From an uncultured virus (IMG/VR IMGVR_UViG_3300032134_000001) (lineage: Duplodnaviria > Heunggongvirae > Uroviricota > Caudoviricetes), in IMG/VR virus record IMGVR_UViG_3300032134_000001: a stretch of DNA of 64,000 nt; one strand, written 5' to 3'. Made by a program: the position numbers and the translations under genes. The notes beneath the pieces were generated by a model, which made no database searches, was not told the origin of the DNA, and saw only the letters and a program-made list of their open reading frames with translations. Shown one piece after another: positions 9,488 to 18,400 of the stretch (the first letter of the stretch is position 1; each line of letters begins with the position of its first letter).

Positions 9488-9923
9488 CCTCGAACTCGGG
9501 CCCGAAGAGCAGCTGGACCAGAGCCTGCTCCTCCCGCTGCCACTCCGCCTCGTCGAGCACTCCGTCCCGCCGCTCCCCGTGTTCGTGCATCTTCAGGAGG
9601 ATGTAGGCTTCCTCCCAGTCCATGCCGCCGTGGATGAGGGAAGCCAAGAGGGAGCGGTGCTGCTCCAGCCAGAGCCGTCCGCTCTGCACGACGAGCCATG
9701 CGGCACTCTTCTTGGGGTCGTGCTTCCACATGAGAAGCACAGCCACCGCGACCAGCACCATGTCGGCCCACCAGGGCAGGAGGGCTGTCGGCGCCAGGAA
9801 GAACACCTCCCAGGACAGCACCGTGCAGAGAAACAGGCGGAGCTTGCCCCCTTGGAGGGACCACAAGAGGGGCCGGGCGGCCCCCATCTGGAGCCGTTCC
9901 CAGAAGGTGAACTTCAGCATCAT
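9444..9923 (-). CDS. membrane protein
   Basis: Start at MMLKFTF (ATGA overlap); two hydrophobic segments. Confidence 0.65.
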   Translation of the reverse strand: MMLKFTFWERLQMGAARPLLWSLQGGKLRLFLCTVLSWEVFFLAPTALLPWWADMVLVAVAVLLMWKHDPKKSAAWLVVQSGRLWLEQHRSLLASLIHGGMDWEEAYILLKMHEHGERRDGVLDEAEWQREEQALVQLLFGPEFEVDDDDTMEEAHGGS

Positions 9924-10591
9924 GCGACCTCGATGAAGCCGCAAGAGTCGACTCGCATCGCCTTGCCGCCGGGCAGGACGAAGACATCGCCCACCGCGCT
10001 GCTGCGGGCCTTCCGGGCGAGGCTCTTCACGCCGTCGTTGTCCTGCCAGGCGCGGTCGACGTGGTTGGTCTGCTGCCAAGCGTGGCTCAGCGCCTCGTCC
10101 TCGTCGGCCGCCCCGACGATGACCCAGGCCACCTGCTTGAAGTCGCTCGGCCACGGTGCTGGGGGCTGGATGTCCCACATGTAGGACCCGGCGAAGTTGG
10201 GATGCTGGGCATGGAAGACCGCCACGAGCCCCGGCTCGACTTGGGGAATCTTCACCTCGGGCAGCGTAAGGCGCTGGCTCCAGGCCAGAATCTCCAGGTC
10301 AGAGAGGCCCGCGGTCTGCACACCGTCCTCCGGGTCTTCCTCGTTCTCCGCGGTGGCGATGAACATCGGCCCGATGATGTCCCACTCCTGGCCTGCCGCG
10401 TCCGTGACCATCCGGTTGAACGGCAGGTGGCGAATCCGCCCCTCCTCGTTGAACCAGAGGTCGATGTCGGGGGTCAGCGAGACACACTGAATCAGGCCCC
10501 CCACGATGGCCTGCATGGCATCCAAGTCGAGCTTCTCCAGCTCGCGCACTTCCGGCTGCTTCCCCGGCTCACACACGATGATCTTCTGCAC
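9920..10591 (-). CDS. DUF3846-like domain protein
   Basis: LDAMQAIVGGLIQCV, LWFNEEG, LPFNR and IIGPMFI pattern; SDLEILA at the end of the domain. Confidence 0.75.
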   Translation of the reverse strand: MQKIIVCEPGKQPEVRELEKLDLDAMQAIVGGLIQCVSLTPDIDLWFNEEGRIRHLPFNRMVTDAAGQEWDIIGPMFIATAENEEDPEDGVQTAGLSDLEILAWSQRLTLPEVKIPQVEPGLVAVFHAQHPNFAGSYMWDIQPPAPWPSDFKQVAWVIVGAADEDEALSHAWQQTNHVDRAWQDNDGVKSLARKARSSAVGDVFVLPGGKAMRVDSCGFIEVA

Positions 10592-10594
10592 TCT

Positions 10595-11035
10595 CTACTC
10601 CTGGTTGTGGACCGAAGCGAGAAGCTCCAGGTCCGAGACACTCAGCCGGTGCCGGGCTTCGTCGCCCAGTCCGTGGTGAATCAGTCGAATCAAGTTGGTG
10701 TCGACGACCGCCGACCCGCCGGACTGTCAGTCCCAGCCGGTGTAGTCACACCCGGCCTCCGCATAGGCGTAGCGCCCATCCTTCAGGCGGAAGAGGCCCA
10801 TCCAAGAGGACTCGTCGTTCGCGCCGTCGGACATAGCCAAGATCTGCACCACGTCCTCGCGGGTGAACTCCGCCGTCCCCGGGCCGGGGTAGCCGAGGAT
10901 GCTCATGTCCTTCTTGAAGCCATCGGTGGCCCGGACGTCGGGCTCGTTGTCCGGCCCCCACGAGCTGTCGCCATCCGGGGGTCCACAGCACTCGAAGACC
11001 TTCGCCCAGTCGTAGTCGTCCAGCTCATCCAGCAT
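10595..11035 (-). CDS. 146-aa protein with in-frame UGA (10727-10729); candidate selenoprotein
   Basis: Frame stays open 43 codons past the UGA to a TAG next to the following gene; the extension ends in the SDLELLA tag; SECIS-like hairpin 11 nt after the UGA. Confidence 0.65.
10700..10715 (-). promoter_or_regulatory. candidate bacterial SECIS apical hairpin GUCGGC-GGUC-GUCGAC
   Basis: 6-bp stem with GGUC loop, starting at +12 from the UGA; lower stem CAGUC/GACUG possible. Confidence 0.55.
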
Positions 11036-11038
11036 TGT

Positions 11039-11335
11039 TCATCCTCTGTGGGTGTCCGCGAGAAGCTCCAGCGGCGTCATGTGTTGCACCTTCCCGAGAC
11101 GGTCGTTCACCAGATGGCCTCGCCAGGTGACGCGGTACCGGAAGGAGACGTCGTACTGCCACTCAGGGGGGTCAGCCTTTCGGGCCACCAGGCCCTTACG
11201 CCGGAGAGACCGAAGGGCCGAGCTGGCCTTCTGGTGGCGCCAGTCGGGATACTGGCTGAGCTGCCGGAGAACCGACTGCTCCGCCACACCCAGCGTGACT
11301 CGAATCTCAGGAATGACCACCTGCGTGCGACCCAT
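11039..11335 (-). CDS. small winged-helix-like protein with C-terminal TPLELLA tag
   Basis: ALRSLRRKGLV...YRVTWRG pattern; ends MTPLELLADTHRG. Confidence 0.7.
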   Translation of the reverse strand: MGRTQVVIPEIRVTLGVAEQSVLRQLSQYPDWRHQKASSALRSLRRKGLVARKADPPEWQYDVSFRYRVTWRGHLVNDRLGKVQHMTPLELLADTHRG

Positions 11336-12177
11336 CAGGTGGCCTCAGCCTTCTGGCGACGCTCTTCACGAGCCTTCTGCTCACGCTTCTTGCCTGCCAG
11401 GTACTCGTGAACCCGGTGAGTCTTCCTGCCGTGCTTCCTCTCATCGCAGCCCCACCAGCCGTGGTGCTCCCGCTCGATGACTCCCTCACTCCCGTCGAAG
11501 GTGAAGGTCTCCCAGGGCATCCCTTCCCGAAGGCTCTCGCCCTCGAAGAAGAAGGTTCTTCCGTCGATGTCAATGACCGGACCCATGCGGTCATTCCGGT
11601 CGGTGCGGACCTGGTAGAGGTCCTTCTCCTGGGCAGCCAGGTGGCTTCGGACGATGCGAGCCAGCTGGCTCATGTAGAAGCCCTTCCGATACCAGAGCTG
11701 CCGATCTCGCACCGTGTACGCGTGGAAGGCCCCGATCAGCTCCTGGTCGAAGCCCAGCTCGTCACGCCAGCGAGCCTCCCAGTCCTTCTCGGCCATCAAG
11801 TGGGCCTGTGTTCCCGCAAGCTGCTCCAGGGGACCCTCGTCCCAGTCCTTGAGGCGCCAGTCGTCGGAGTTGTGCCGCTCCAGGCAGCGCTTGTCGTGCG
11901 GCCCATCGTGCCACTCGTGGCTGTAGGACCGGCACGGCTTGTTCTGGTAGCGGCTCCACCCGAAGCTGTAGACCAGGAACGACAGCTTGTCGTCTTCGCC
12001 CGACGGCACGAAGGCAGAGCGGTGGATCTGCCCCCGCCGGTTGAAGTCGGTGTCAGAGGGCTCCTTGCCTGCGTAGATCCGCTCGAAGAGCGCGGTCCCG
12101 ACCAGCTGGTGCTTGATGAGAACCACGGCAACGCCGTCGTACATGGCCAGGATGGCCTTCATGGAGCGGTCCTTCAT
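11335..12177 (-). CDS. hypothetical protein with internal GPLEQLA
   Basis: Coupled at both ends. Confidence 0.75.
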   Translation of the reverse strand: MKDRSMKAILAMYDGVAVVLIKHQLVGTALFERIYAGKEPSDTDFNRRGQIHRSAFVPSGEDDKLSFLVYSFGWSRYQNKPCRSYSHEWHDGPHDKRCLERHNSDDWRLKDWDEGPLEQLAGTQAHLMAEKDWEARWRDELGFDQELIGAFHAYTVRDRQLWYRKGFYMSQLARIVRSHLAAQEKDLYQVRTDRNDRMGPVIDIDGRTFFFEGESLREGMPWETFTFDGSEGVIEREHHGWWGCDERKHGRKTHRVHEYLAGKKREQKAREERRQKAEAT

Positions 12178-12578
12178 TACGCCTCCGGGACTTCCGGCAT
12201 GATCCAGCCGTGGACCGGACCCGGGAGGTCCTTCTTCTTGCCGTGGATGGGGCAGTTGGGGTTGCCGCAGTCGGGCAGCGCCGGGTCATCTGCACGCCGG
12301 GACTCTGCGGTCGTCTTGCCGTCGCGCTTGTCGTCCTCCAGGACCGGTCCCATGTTCTCCAGCACAGAGAGCAGCATGGAGGTCCAGGGCCGTCCCGAGC
12401 GCTCTTCTCGGTAGGTCGAGATGCCCGCCAGCATGGCGATGGGGGCGTCGTCGTCCCCCAGCTCCATCCGGGGGTCGACCACCAAGATGCCCTCCCGGCC
12501 AAGCACAAGCCGGTAGTCGCCCTTCACGAGGGCGATGAGGCCCTTCATGATCAACACTGCTTTCGCGAACTTGTCCAT
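12177..12578 (-). CDS. hypothetical protein
   Basis: Start at MDKFAK (TGATG overlap); C-terminal CGNPNCPIH. Confidence 0.7.
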   Translation of the reverse strand: MDKFAKAVLIMKGLIALVKGDYRLVLGREGILVVDPRMELGDDDAPIAMLAGISTYREERSGRPWTSMLLSVLENMGPVLEDDKRDGKTTAESRRADDPALPDCGNPNCPIHGKKKDLPGPVHGWIMPEVPEA

Positions 12579-13045
12579 CAGTTGTCTCCTCGGCAGACCG
12601 GGCCAATGCCCAGGCTGATTGATGTGGGGTCTGTGAGCTTGCGGTTGCACTTCCCGCAGCGGCCCTCGTGAAAGACCGCCCCTCGACTGAGCCGAGCAGC
12701 GTCCTCGGCCACGATGGCTTCGATGAGGCGACGGAACCAGACGACTGGCATCGCCTCGCTGCCCAGGCAGCTTGCCCGGGTCAGCCGGAAGCGCATGACG
12801 TCACCACGACGCTGAGTGTTCTCCAGCAGCCCGATGTAGGTGAAGTCCGAGGTGTTGTCTGGCCCACTCAGCAGGTTCACGAACCAGCGGAGCGGAGCGT
12901 GAGCTGGGTCGTCCGGCCGCGTCTTGGCCTGCTTGACCTTGTAGGTGTAGTGCTTCCCCGAGGGGGCCTGAAGCGTCATGGTGGCGCTTCCCGCCAGCAT
13001 GAAGTTCAGGATCTCGGGAACGGTCTGGAGCTGTCCTTGCGGCAT
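12578..13045 (-). CDS. DUF6011 domain protein
   Basis: C-terminal HEGRCGKCNRKLTDPTSISLGIGPVC and LLSGPDN signature. Confidence 0.8.
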   Translation of the reverse strand: MPQGQLQTVPEILNFMLAGSATMTLQAPSGKHYTYKVKQAKTRPDDPAHAPLRWFVNLLSGPDNTSDFTYIGLLENTQRRGDVMRFRLTRASCLGSEAMPVVWFRRLIEAIVAEDAARLSRGAVFHEGRCGKCNRKLTDPTSISLGIGPVCRGDN

Positions 13046-13584
13046 CAGGTGGTCCTCTTGGCGTCAGTGAAGCTGTTCACCCATGTCGTCGGGATGGGGC
13101 CTCCGGTCAGCTCTCGGATGCGCTTGATGGCCTGCTCCACACTCGTGGCAGCATGTGGGAGTGCCAACAGCTCAGCGTTGAGCCCCTTGTACTGGTGGAA
13201 CAGGAGGGCACGTTCTGCCTCAGAAGCCTCTTCGCCCTGGACTACCAGCGCCCACATCTCCTCCCCGTAGTCAGCGGCCGTCTTCTTCAGCGAGACGACC
13301 CTCTCGACGTGAACCAGGGGAGTTCCGTAGCCGTAGGCTTCGTTGCCCCGGCCGAAGCGAGGACCGTAGCGGGTGAGGCCGACCTCGATGTGGGTCACGG
13401 TGAAGACCCCGATGAGGGCGTGAGGGGCCTCCTCACCCTCATCGTTGACGGTGTCCCCGCCCTTGAAGGTGCCCTGCTCGTAGAGCGGGATGACCAGACC
13501 GATGGAGGGCGGGAAGGGGAGGGAGACCTTGACCAGAGACGCCTTTGGGTCGCTCTGGCAGTGGATGTCGACGTAGACGGACAT
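13045..13584 (-). CDS. hypothetical protein
   Basis: Start moved to MSVYVD. Confidence 0.7.
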   Translation of the reverse strand: MSVYVDIHCQSDPKASLVKVSLPFPPSIGLVIPLYEQGTFKGGDTVNDEGEEAPHALIGVFTVTHIEVGLTRYGPRFGRGNEAYGYGTPLVHVERVVSLKKTAADYGEEMWALVVQGEEASEAERALLFHQYKGLNAELLALPHAATSVEQAIKRIRELTGGPIPTTWVNSFTDAKRTT

Positions 13585-13585
13585 T

Positions 13586-15052
13586 TCAGGTTCCTGCGTA
13601 GGGGTGAGTCTTTCGGTAGTCCGGCACAACGCTCAGCATGAACGCGATGAACCGTTCGGAAGCCCTGGTGACTGCCGTGTAGGTGAGCCGCCGCTTGAAC
13701 TCGACGTCGTCGTAGCCGCGGAAGCCAGGGCAACTGATGAAGCCCACCTCGTCGTACTGGCTGCCCTGCGACTTGTGGACGGTCAGGCAGTAGCCCCAGG
13801 TCGCCTGGAGGCCGTAGTTCTTGACCCGCTCCCTCCACATGCGGAGGTCTTCCATGCTCCAGCCCAGGCGATGGCAGAGCGTGTAGGCGCTCTCCTCTCC
13901 CTCCCGGGTCGGCCGCTTCTTGGCCCAGAGCGGCTTCCACGCGTCTCGGTAGACCCGGCGCTCGCTGCGCCGCTTCGCGAGGACATCGGGGTGGTCGAAG
14001 GTCTGGGGCAGCACCAGGAACTTCGTCTCCTCGCCCTCCTCGTCAGTCTCGATGACCCACTGGACCGTCGTGCCCAGGCACTCGCTCAGCTCGGGGCAGG
14101 GCTCGACTCGGGCGACGTCGACGACCTCGCCGTTCATTCGCCCGAGGCTGTGGTTGTTGAAGGTACAGAGCAGGGTCTCCCCTTCTTGCACCTCGCCTCG
14201 CGGGTAGCCTCGCTTCTCCCGCGTGAGGCTGTTGGCCAGAGCCCGGACCTTGTTCGTCCAGGTCAGCAGGATGCGAGTGGGGAGCGTGACCTCCTGGTCC
14301 GCCGGCGTGAACTCCGCCAGAGCTTCCAGCGTCGAGCGGGCCTCCTCGGCCCAGTCCACCGCCTGCTGCACCGTGGCCGGGTAGATCCGCTGTGCCTCGT
14401 TGCCCCAGTTCGTGAAGGTGCGGCCCTTGCCCTGTCGAATGAGGGTAGCCAGCTCCAGCACCGGGCTCTGAAGCGCCTGCCGGTGGACCGTCTCCAGGCG
14501 GGCTCGCGCCTGCTCAAGGTCGGCCCCGACGAGCATCGACGCCTCGTCGACGATGACGAGCGTCCTCCGGGTGAGGCCATCAGGAGCCACAGCCTCACCG
14601 AAGATCAGCGTCTCGGTCTCGGTCACGACGGGACCAAGCTGCTTGTGGTCCCCCACCAGCAGCAGCGAGCCGCCCCGGCTGAAGACCACCTTGCGCAGGT
14701 TGTCCAGCAGGCTCAGCCGGTCCTCGCTCCGCTGGGGCCGCGGCCGGGCCTTGTCCAGCTCTTCCACCGTGCGGAAGATGCTGCTGTGGACCGTCGTGGC
14801 CTTCCGCCCGGAGGTCTCCGACAGGCGGCTGGCCGCCTTCCCCGTCGGCGCGAGGAGGATGACGGGGCCCTTCCAGAGCTGGATGAGCAGCGCCATCAGG
14901 ACCGACTTCCCGCAGCCGGCTGCTCCTGCGAGCCGGGACTCAGACCCGGGAGTCTTCAACTCAGCGAGGATCATGTCGATCGCCCGGTCCTGCGACGGGT
15001 CGAGCGTCAGCTCCTCGCCCGTCGGTGTGGTGAAGGTCCGGGGCATCAGCAC
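13586..15052 (-). CDS. Dda/RecD-like SF1B DNA helicase with motifs II and III in swapped order
   Basis: GAAGCGKS, APTGKAA, TVHS, VGDHKQLGPV, VIVDEASM, VHRQA, TVHKSQGSQY and YTAVTRA. Confidence 0.88.
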   Translation of the reverse strand: MLMPRTFTTPTGEELTLDPSQDRAIDMILAELKTPGSESRLAGAAGCGKSVLMALLIQLWKGPVILLAPTGKAASRLSETSGRKATTVHSSIFRTVEELDKARPRPQRSEDRLSLLDNLRKVVFSRGGSLLLVGDHKQLGPVVTETETLIFGEAVAPDGLTRRTLVIVDEASMLVGADLEQARARLETVHRQALQSPVLELATLIRQGKGRTFTNWGNEAQRIYPATVQQAVDWAEEARSTLEALAEFTPADQEVTLPTRILLTWTNKVRALANSLTREKRGYPRGEVQEGETLLCTFNNHSLGRMNGEVVDVARVEPCPELSECLGTTVQWVIETDEEGEETKFLVLPQTFDHPDVLAKRRSERRVYRDAWKPLWAKKRPTREGEESAYTLCHRLGWSMEDLRMWRERVKNYGLQATWGYCLTVHKSQGSQYDEVGFISCPGFRGYDDVEFKRRLTYTAVTRASERFIAFMLSVVPDYRKTHPYAGT

Positions 15053-15387
15053 CGCTCCCCGTACCAGTCCAGGAAGTCCTGGATGGACATGCTCGACCCG
15101 CCCCAGCAGAGGTCCTTGCTGTCCCGATCTCCCCAGCCCGGCTGATCGAGGATGATGCGCACGTCCCCGGCCGGGAACTCAGCCAGGCCACCGATGAAGC
15201 CAGGCTTGATGCCCTTCGTCAGCGCCTGGTAGCACTCGCTGACAGCGCCGCGAGAGTGGTAGAGCCACTCCCTGGTGTCCCCTTCGCGGGGCTCGGTGTT
15301 GCGGACGAAGGCTCCGACTTCGCGCAGCTCCCCGTCGTCGTAGCGAAGGCTCAAGTCCTTCACGGGTTTCGGAAATCCCATGATCAC
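15046..15387 (-). CDS. hypothetical protein
   Basis: Coupled ORF. Confidence 0.7.
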   Translation of the reverse strand: MIMGFPKPVKDLSLRYDDGELREVGAFVRNTEPREGDTREWLYHSRGAVSECYQALTKGIKPGFIGGLAEFPAGDVRIILDQPGWGDRDSKDLCWGGSSMSIQDFLDWYGERC

Positions 15388-15857
15388 TCCTCTCCCTGAG
15401 GGCCGACGAGGCCCCCGGCTTCCAGGTCGTCCTGGCTGACACCGGCGTGAGCTGCCAGAGCCCGCAGCGCCGTGTCCTTGCGGTCCTCGCCCTCGACAGT
15501 CGAGTGCAGCAAGGCGACGACCATGCTGCTCGTGCGGCGGCTGGCTTCATTGCCGCTGGCGATGATGGCCTCCCCGAAGGCGTCGTGGTGACCCTCCCGG
15601 TAGGCTTCGATGACGGTCTCCCGGATGTCCGCGAAGAGCGTCGGGGCCATGTCTCGAAGGGTGGCCATCCCCTGCGCCCCGAAGAGCGCGTGCAGCTGCC
15701 CCGCCACGGCGGACGAGGCCTGCTCTGCCATGCTGGCCAGGTGCGTGGGGTGACCGTGCTCGTTCTCGGTCTTGGGCTCGGTCCAGCCGTGCTCACCGTC
15801 CACCCGAAAGCGGTTGGTGTGGAACAGGGCTTCCGCCTCGGTAGGCTCCCAGCTCAC
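15384..15857 (-). CDS. hypothetical protein
   Basis: Coupled ORF. Confidence 0.7.
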   Translation of the reverse strand: MSWEPTEAEALFHTNRFRVDGEHGWTEPKTENEHGHPTHLASMAEQASSAVAGQLHALFGAQGMATLRDMAPTLFADIRETVIEAYREGHHDAFGEAIIASGNEASRRTSSMVVALLHSTVEGEDRKDTALRALAAHAGVSQDDLEAGGLVGPQGEE

Positions 15858-16330
15858 GCCTCACCGCCCAGCAGCGCAGCCTGCTGCTCGTTGATGTGCT
15901 TGAAGCCGCCGGTCCAGAACATCGGCTGGCGCTCGAAGTCCTCGGCGTCGAAGCCCTCCTCTCCCGGGCGGGCCAGGGGCTCGGCCATGGGCCAGGCGAT
16001 GCCGTAGCTCTCGTAGAGCACGGGGATGCAGAACTCGGTCAGCTCAGCGCCGTCGCCCCGGTGGTCCATGATGTGGACGCCACCCTCGGCGGCCTCGACA
16101 AGCGCCGTCCACCACGCGTCGTGCTCTCCGAGCCAGTGGCGGCTGGACACCACGACCGGGCGGAAGCCAGCCTCGATGGCGGCCTCCAGGCGGCCGGTCG
16201 TGTAGTAGGTGACCGGGTCGCCGCTGCTGTCCTTCCCCTCCCAGCGCACGTTCGCTGGAGTTCGCTGCTCCCGACGGACGTAGGTGGAGAAGACGGAGGA
16301 GGTGGTCAGGAGGTGGATGGGCTTGGTCAT
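15854..16330 (-). CDS. hypothetical protein
   Basis: Coupled ORF. Confidence 0.7.
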   Translation of the reverse strand: MTKPIHLLTTSSVFSTYVRREQRTPANVRWEGKDSSGDPVTYYTTGRLEAAIEAGFRPVVVSSRHWLGEHDAWWTALVEAAEGGVHIMDHRGDGAELTEFCIPVLYESYGIAWPMAEPLARPGEEGFDAEDFERQPMFWTGGFKHINEQQAALLGGEA

Positions 16331-17295
16331 CGTCGTGGGTCCTCTTCGTAGGGGGGAGCAGAAAGCAGGTTCTCGGGAGTCGGCAGGTCTTCCAGCCCCC
16401 CGTGGATGTGGCTGGTCACCATCTCAGCGAGCCGCCCGTACTCGAAGGAGGTGGCGTTCGTCTGCCAGTAGGCCCAGGGGTCGATGCCGACCGCTTCCGC
16501 GTCGTCGAACAGGGCTCGCCAGACGCCAGGGTCATCGTCTCGCCACCCGCGTGGGTCGCCACACACAGCATCGAGGGTCCGCTCCATCGCGTCCTTGGCG
16601 ATTCGAGCCACCCGGTCGCTCGGTCCGTCCGGCTCGTTGGCGATGGCCTCGCTCTCCCGCCGCATGACGCAGGTGGGACAGAGGCAGCCTTCCTCGTAGG
16701 TGAGCTGCTTGGCCTTGGGCAGCAGCGCCTCGACGCGACGGTCTTCCAGCAGGTTGAAGATGTGCTGCTCCGCAGCCACCAGGTGGAGCCGCTCGATCTG
16801 GTGGGGCTCGTACCAGTCCGAGTGGGCCTCACCCTCCGGGAGGATGAAGTCCACGAGCCAGTGCATCGTCTGGCGGTCGGTGCCGTCTTCGAGGGTGCGC
16901 CAGTCCGTCTGCTTGACCTGGCCGACCCACCCGTAGGGCGTCGCTGCTTTGTCTGTCACTCGGACCATGCACTCGACCACGACCTGCTGGTCAGACACGA
17001 ACTTCCCCAGCCAGGCGGCTGCCGTGGCGGCCATCGTCGGCAGGTCCCGCTCGGGGACGTCGGTGTTGGCAAGCCCCATCGCCTCGGCCAGCAGGGTGGA
17101 GGCGGAGTGCGCTGCACCCTGCCAGAAGGCTTCCTCCGCCTTCGCCACGGCAGCCTCAGACGGCACGCCGTCTGCCCGGTCGTTGGAGCGCTTCAGCTCC
17201 TTCGCTGCCGACTCGATGGCTCGGGCCAGCTTGGGCAGGGTGTCCTCCACCAGGGTGACTCCCCGGAGAGTGTGAATCCAGTCGTTGCCGCTCAC
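16327..17295 (-). CDS. hypothetical protein
   Basis: GTG start (VSGNDW) overlapping the upstream stop. Confidence 0.7.
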   Translation of the reverse strand: MSGNDWIHTLRGVTLVEDTLPKLARAIESAAKELKRSNDRADGVPSEAAVAKAEEAFWQGAAHSASTLLAEAMGLANTDVPERDLPTMAATAAAWLGKFVSDQQVVVECMVRVTDKAATPYGWVGQVKQTDWRTLEDGTDRQTMHWLVDFILPEGEAHSDWYEPHQIERLHLVAAEQHIFNLLEDRRVEALLPKAKQLTYEEGCLCPTCVMRRESEAIANEPDGPSDRVARIAKDAMERTLDAVCGDPRGWRDDDPGVWRALFDDAEAVGIDPWAYWQTNATSFEYGRLAEMVTSHIHGGLEDLPTPENLLSAPPYEEDPRR

Positions 17296-18188
17296 GTGTG
17301 AACTCCCCATCCCGGGCCGCCATCGTTGATGCGGACGGCGAAGGTGGCGTGGCCCATCCCGTGCAGGAGGAGGCCACCGTTGAAGGCGAAGCCGTAGCGG
17401 AGGTACTCCACCGACCCGCCCAGCTCGTAGGTCCCGACGCTGCACCGCGAGCAGCCGTAGTAGCTGTGACCCTCGTGGTCTTCGGCTTCGTGCGTGGCCG
17501 CATACTCGGCCCGCTTGGCCTTGGTCCAGCTCGGGGTCCAGTGGCGGGAGTCGTCCAGTTCCTTGCGGAGCTTGAGCTTCTCGGCAGCCTTGTCCAAAGC
17601 TGCGGACCAGCGACGGCTGCTTTCGTCAGAGTCCAGCTCCTCGCCGGAGGCTGTCTTGCCCTGGTAGGACTCCTCGTCGACCTCCCGGGCCGCAGCGTGG
17701 ACCTGCGCGGTCGTGTAGGGCCGGTGCCAGAGGATGCCGAAGCCTCCGAAGGTGCCGTCGTCGTAGAGCACCACCTTGTAGCCGGGAGCCTTGACCACCT
17801 GAGCCTCGCGGCCCTCCGCGGCAGCCTCGACCTCGAACTCCCGCTCACCGCCGTAGGAAGCGAGGTAGCTCAGCTTCTCGTCCAGCGACACCGCGAGGTG
17901 CAGCGCCAGCTCACGCGGGCCGACTGCCTCGGAGCCGGTGGCCGCGAGGGCCTCCAGCGGACTCAGCTCAGCCACCGTGCAGAGACCCTTGAGGAAGCCA
18001 GCGATGTTCGCGAGCCGGGCAGCGCCTGACTCCTCGAAGCTCAGGCCACCGCCCCAAGGCGTCATCCCGCGAGCAGTACACCGGCGGTTGAAGGCCAAGA
18101 TCTTCTTGAGGGAAGCCTCACGAGCCTCACTCAACTCCTGGTCTCGCCGTGCTCGGCGTTGCTCCAGGGTTTCTTTCACAGCGTCCAT
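17292..18188 (-). CDS. hypothetical protein with internal SPLEALA
   Basis: ORF track; C-terminal FNGGLLLHG...GWGVHT. Confidence 0.75.
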   Translation of the reverse strand: MDAVKETLEQRRARRDQELSEAREASLKKILAFNRRCTARGMTPWGGGLSFEESGAARLANIAGFLKGLCTVAELSPLEALAATGSEAVGPRELALHLAVSLDEKLSYLASYGGEREFEVEAAAEGREAQVVKAPGYKVVLYDDGTFGGFGILWHRPYTTAQVHAAAREVDEESYQGKTASGEELDSDESSRRWSAALDKAAEKLKLRKELDDSRHWTPSWTKAKRAEYAATHEAEDHEGHSYYGCSRCSVGTYELGGSVEYLRYGFAFNGGLLLHGMGHATFAVRINDGGPGWGVHT

Positions 18189-18385
18189 TCGTCAATCCAT
18201 CCCACGGTACGAGGGGCGGACAGCATCCACCCCTGCTTGATGCTGAGAACCAAGTCTCGGCAGCCACGGCGCATCCGTGTCTTCCGCTTGTCCCAGTGCG
18301 TTCGGGTGCCGTCACCCGGAACCTGGCAGAGCGTCGGGGTCCATCCCCGCTCGGGCTCCACCAGCGTCTCTTCGTTGCTGTCCAT
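18176..18385 (-). CDS. small hypothetical protein
   Basis: MDSNEETL after AGGAGA RBS. Confidence 0.55.
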   Translation of the reverse strand: MDSNEETLVEPERGWTPTLCQVPGDGTRTHWDKRKTRMRRGCRDLVLSIKQGWMLSAPRTVGWIDEWTL

Positions 18386-18400
18386 CACGCTCTCCTGAAA

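Noticed and set aside
10727..10729. Genome-wide UGA reassignment
   Set aside because: UGA ends most genes here, often in ATGA/TGATG overlaps; only this one site shows a read-through signature.
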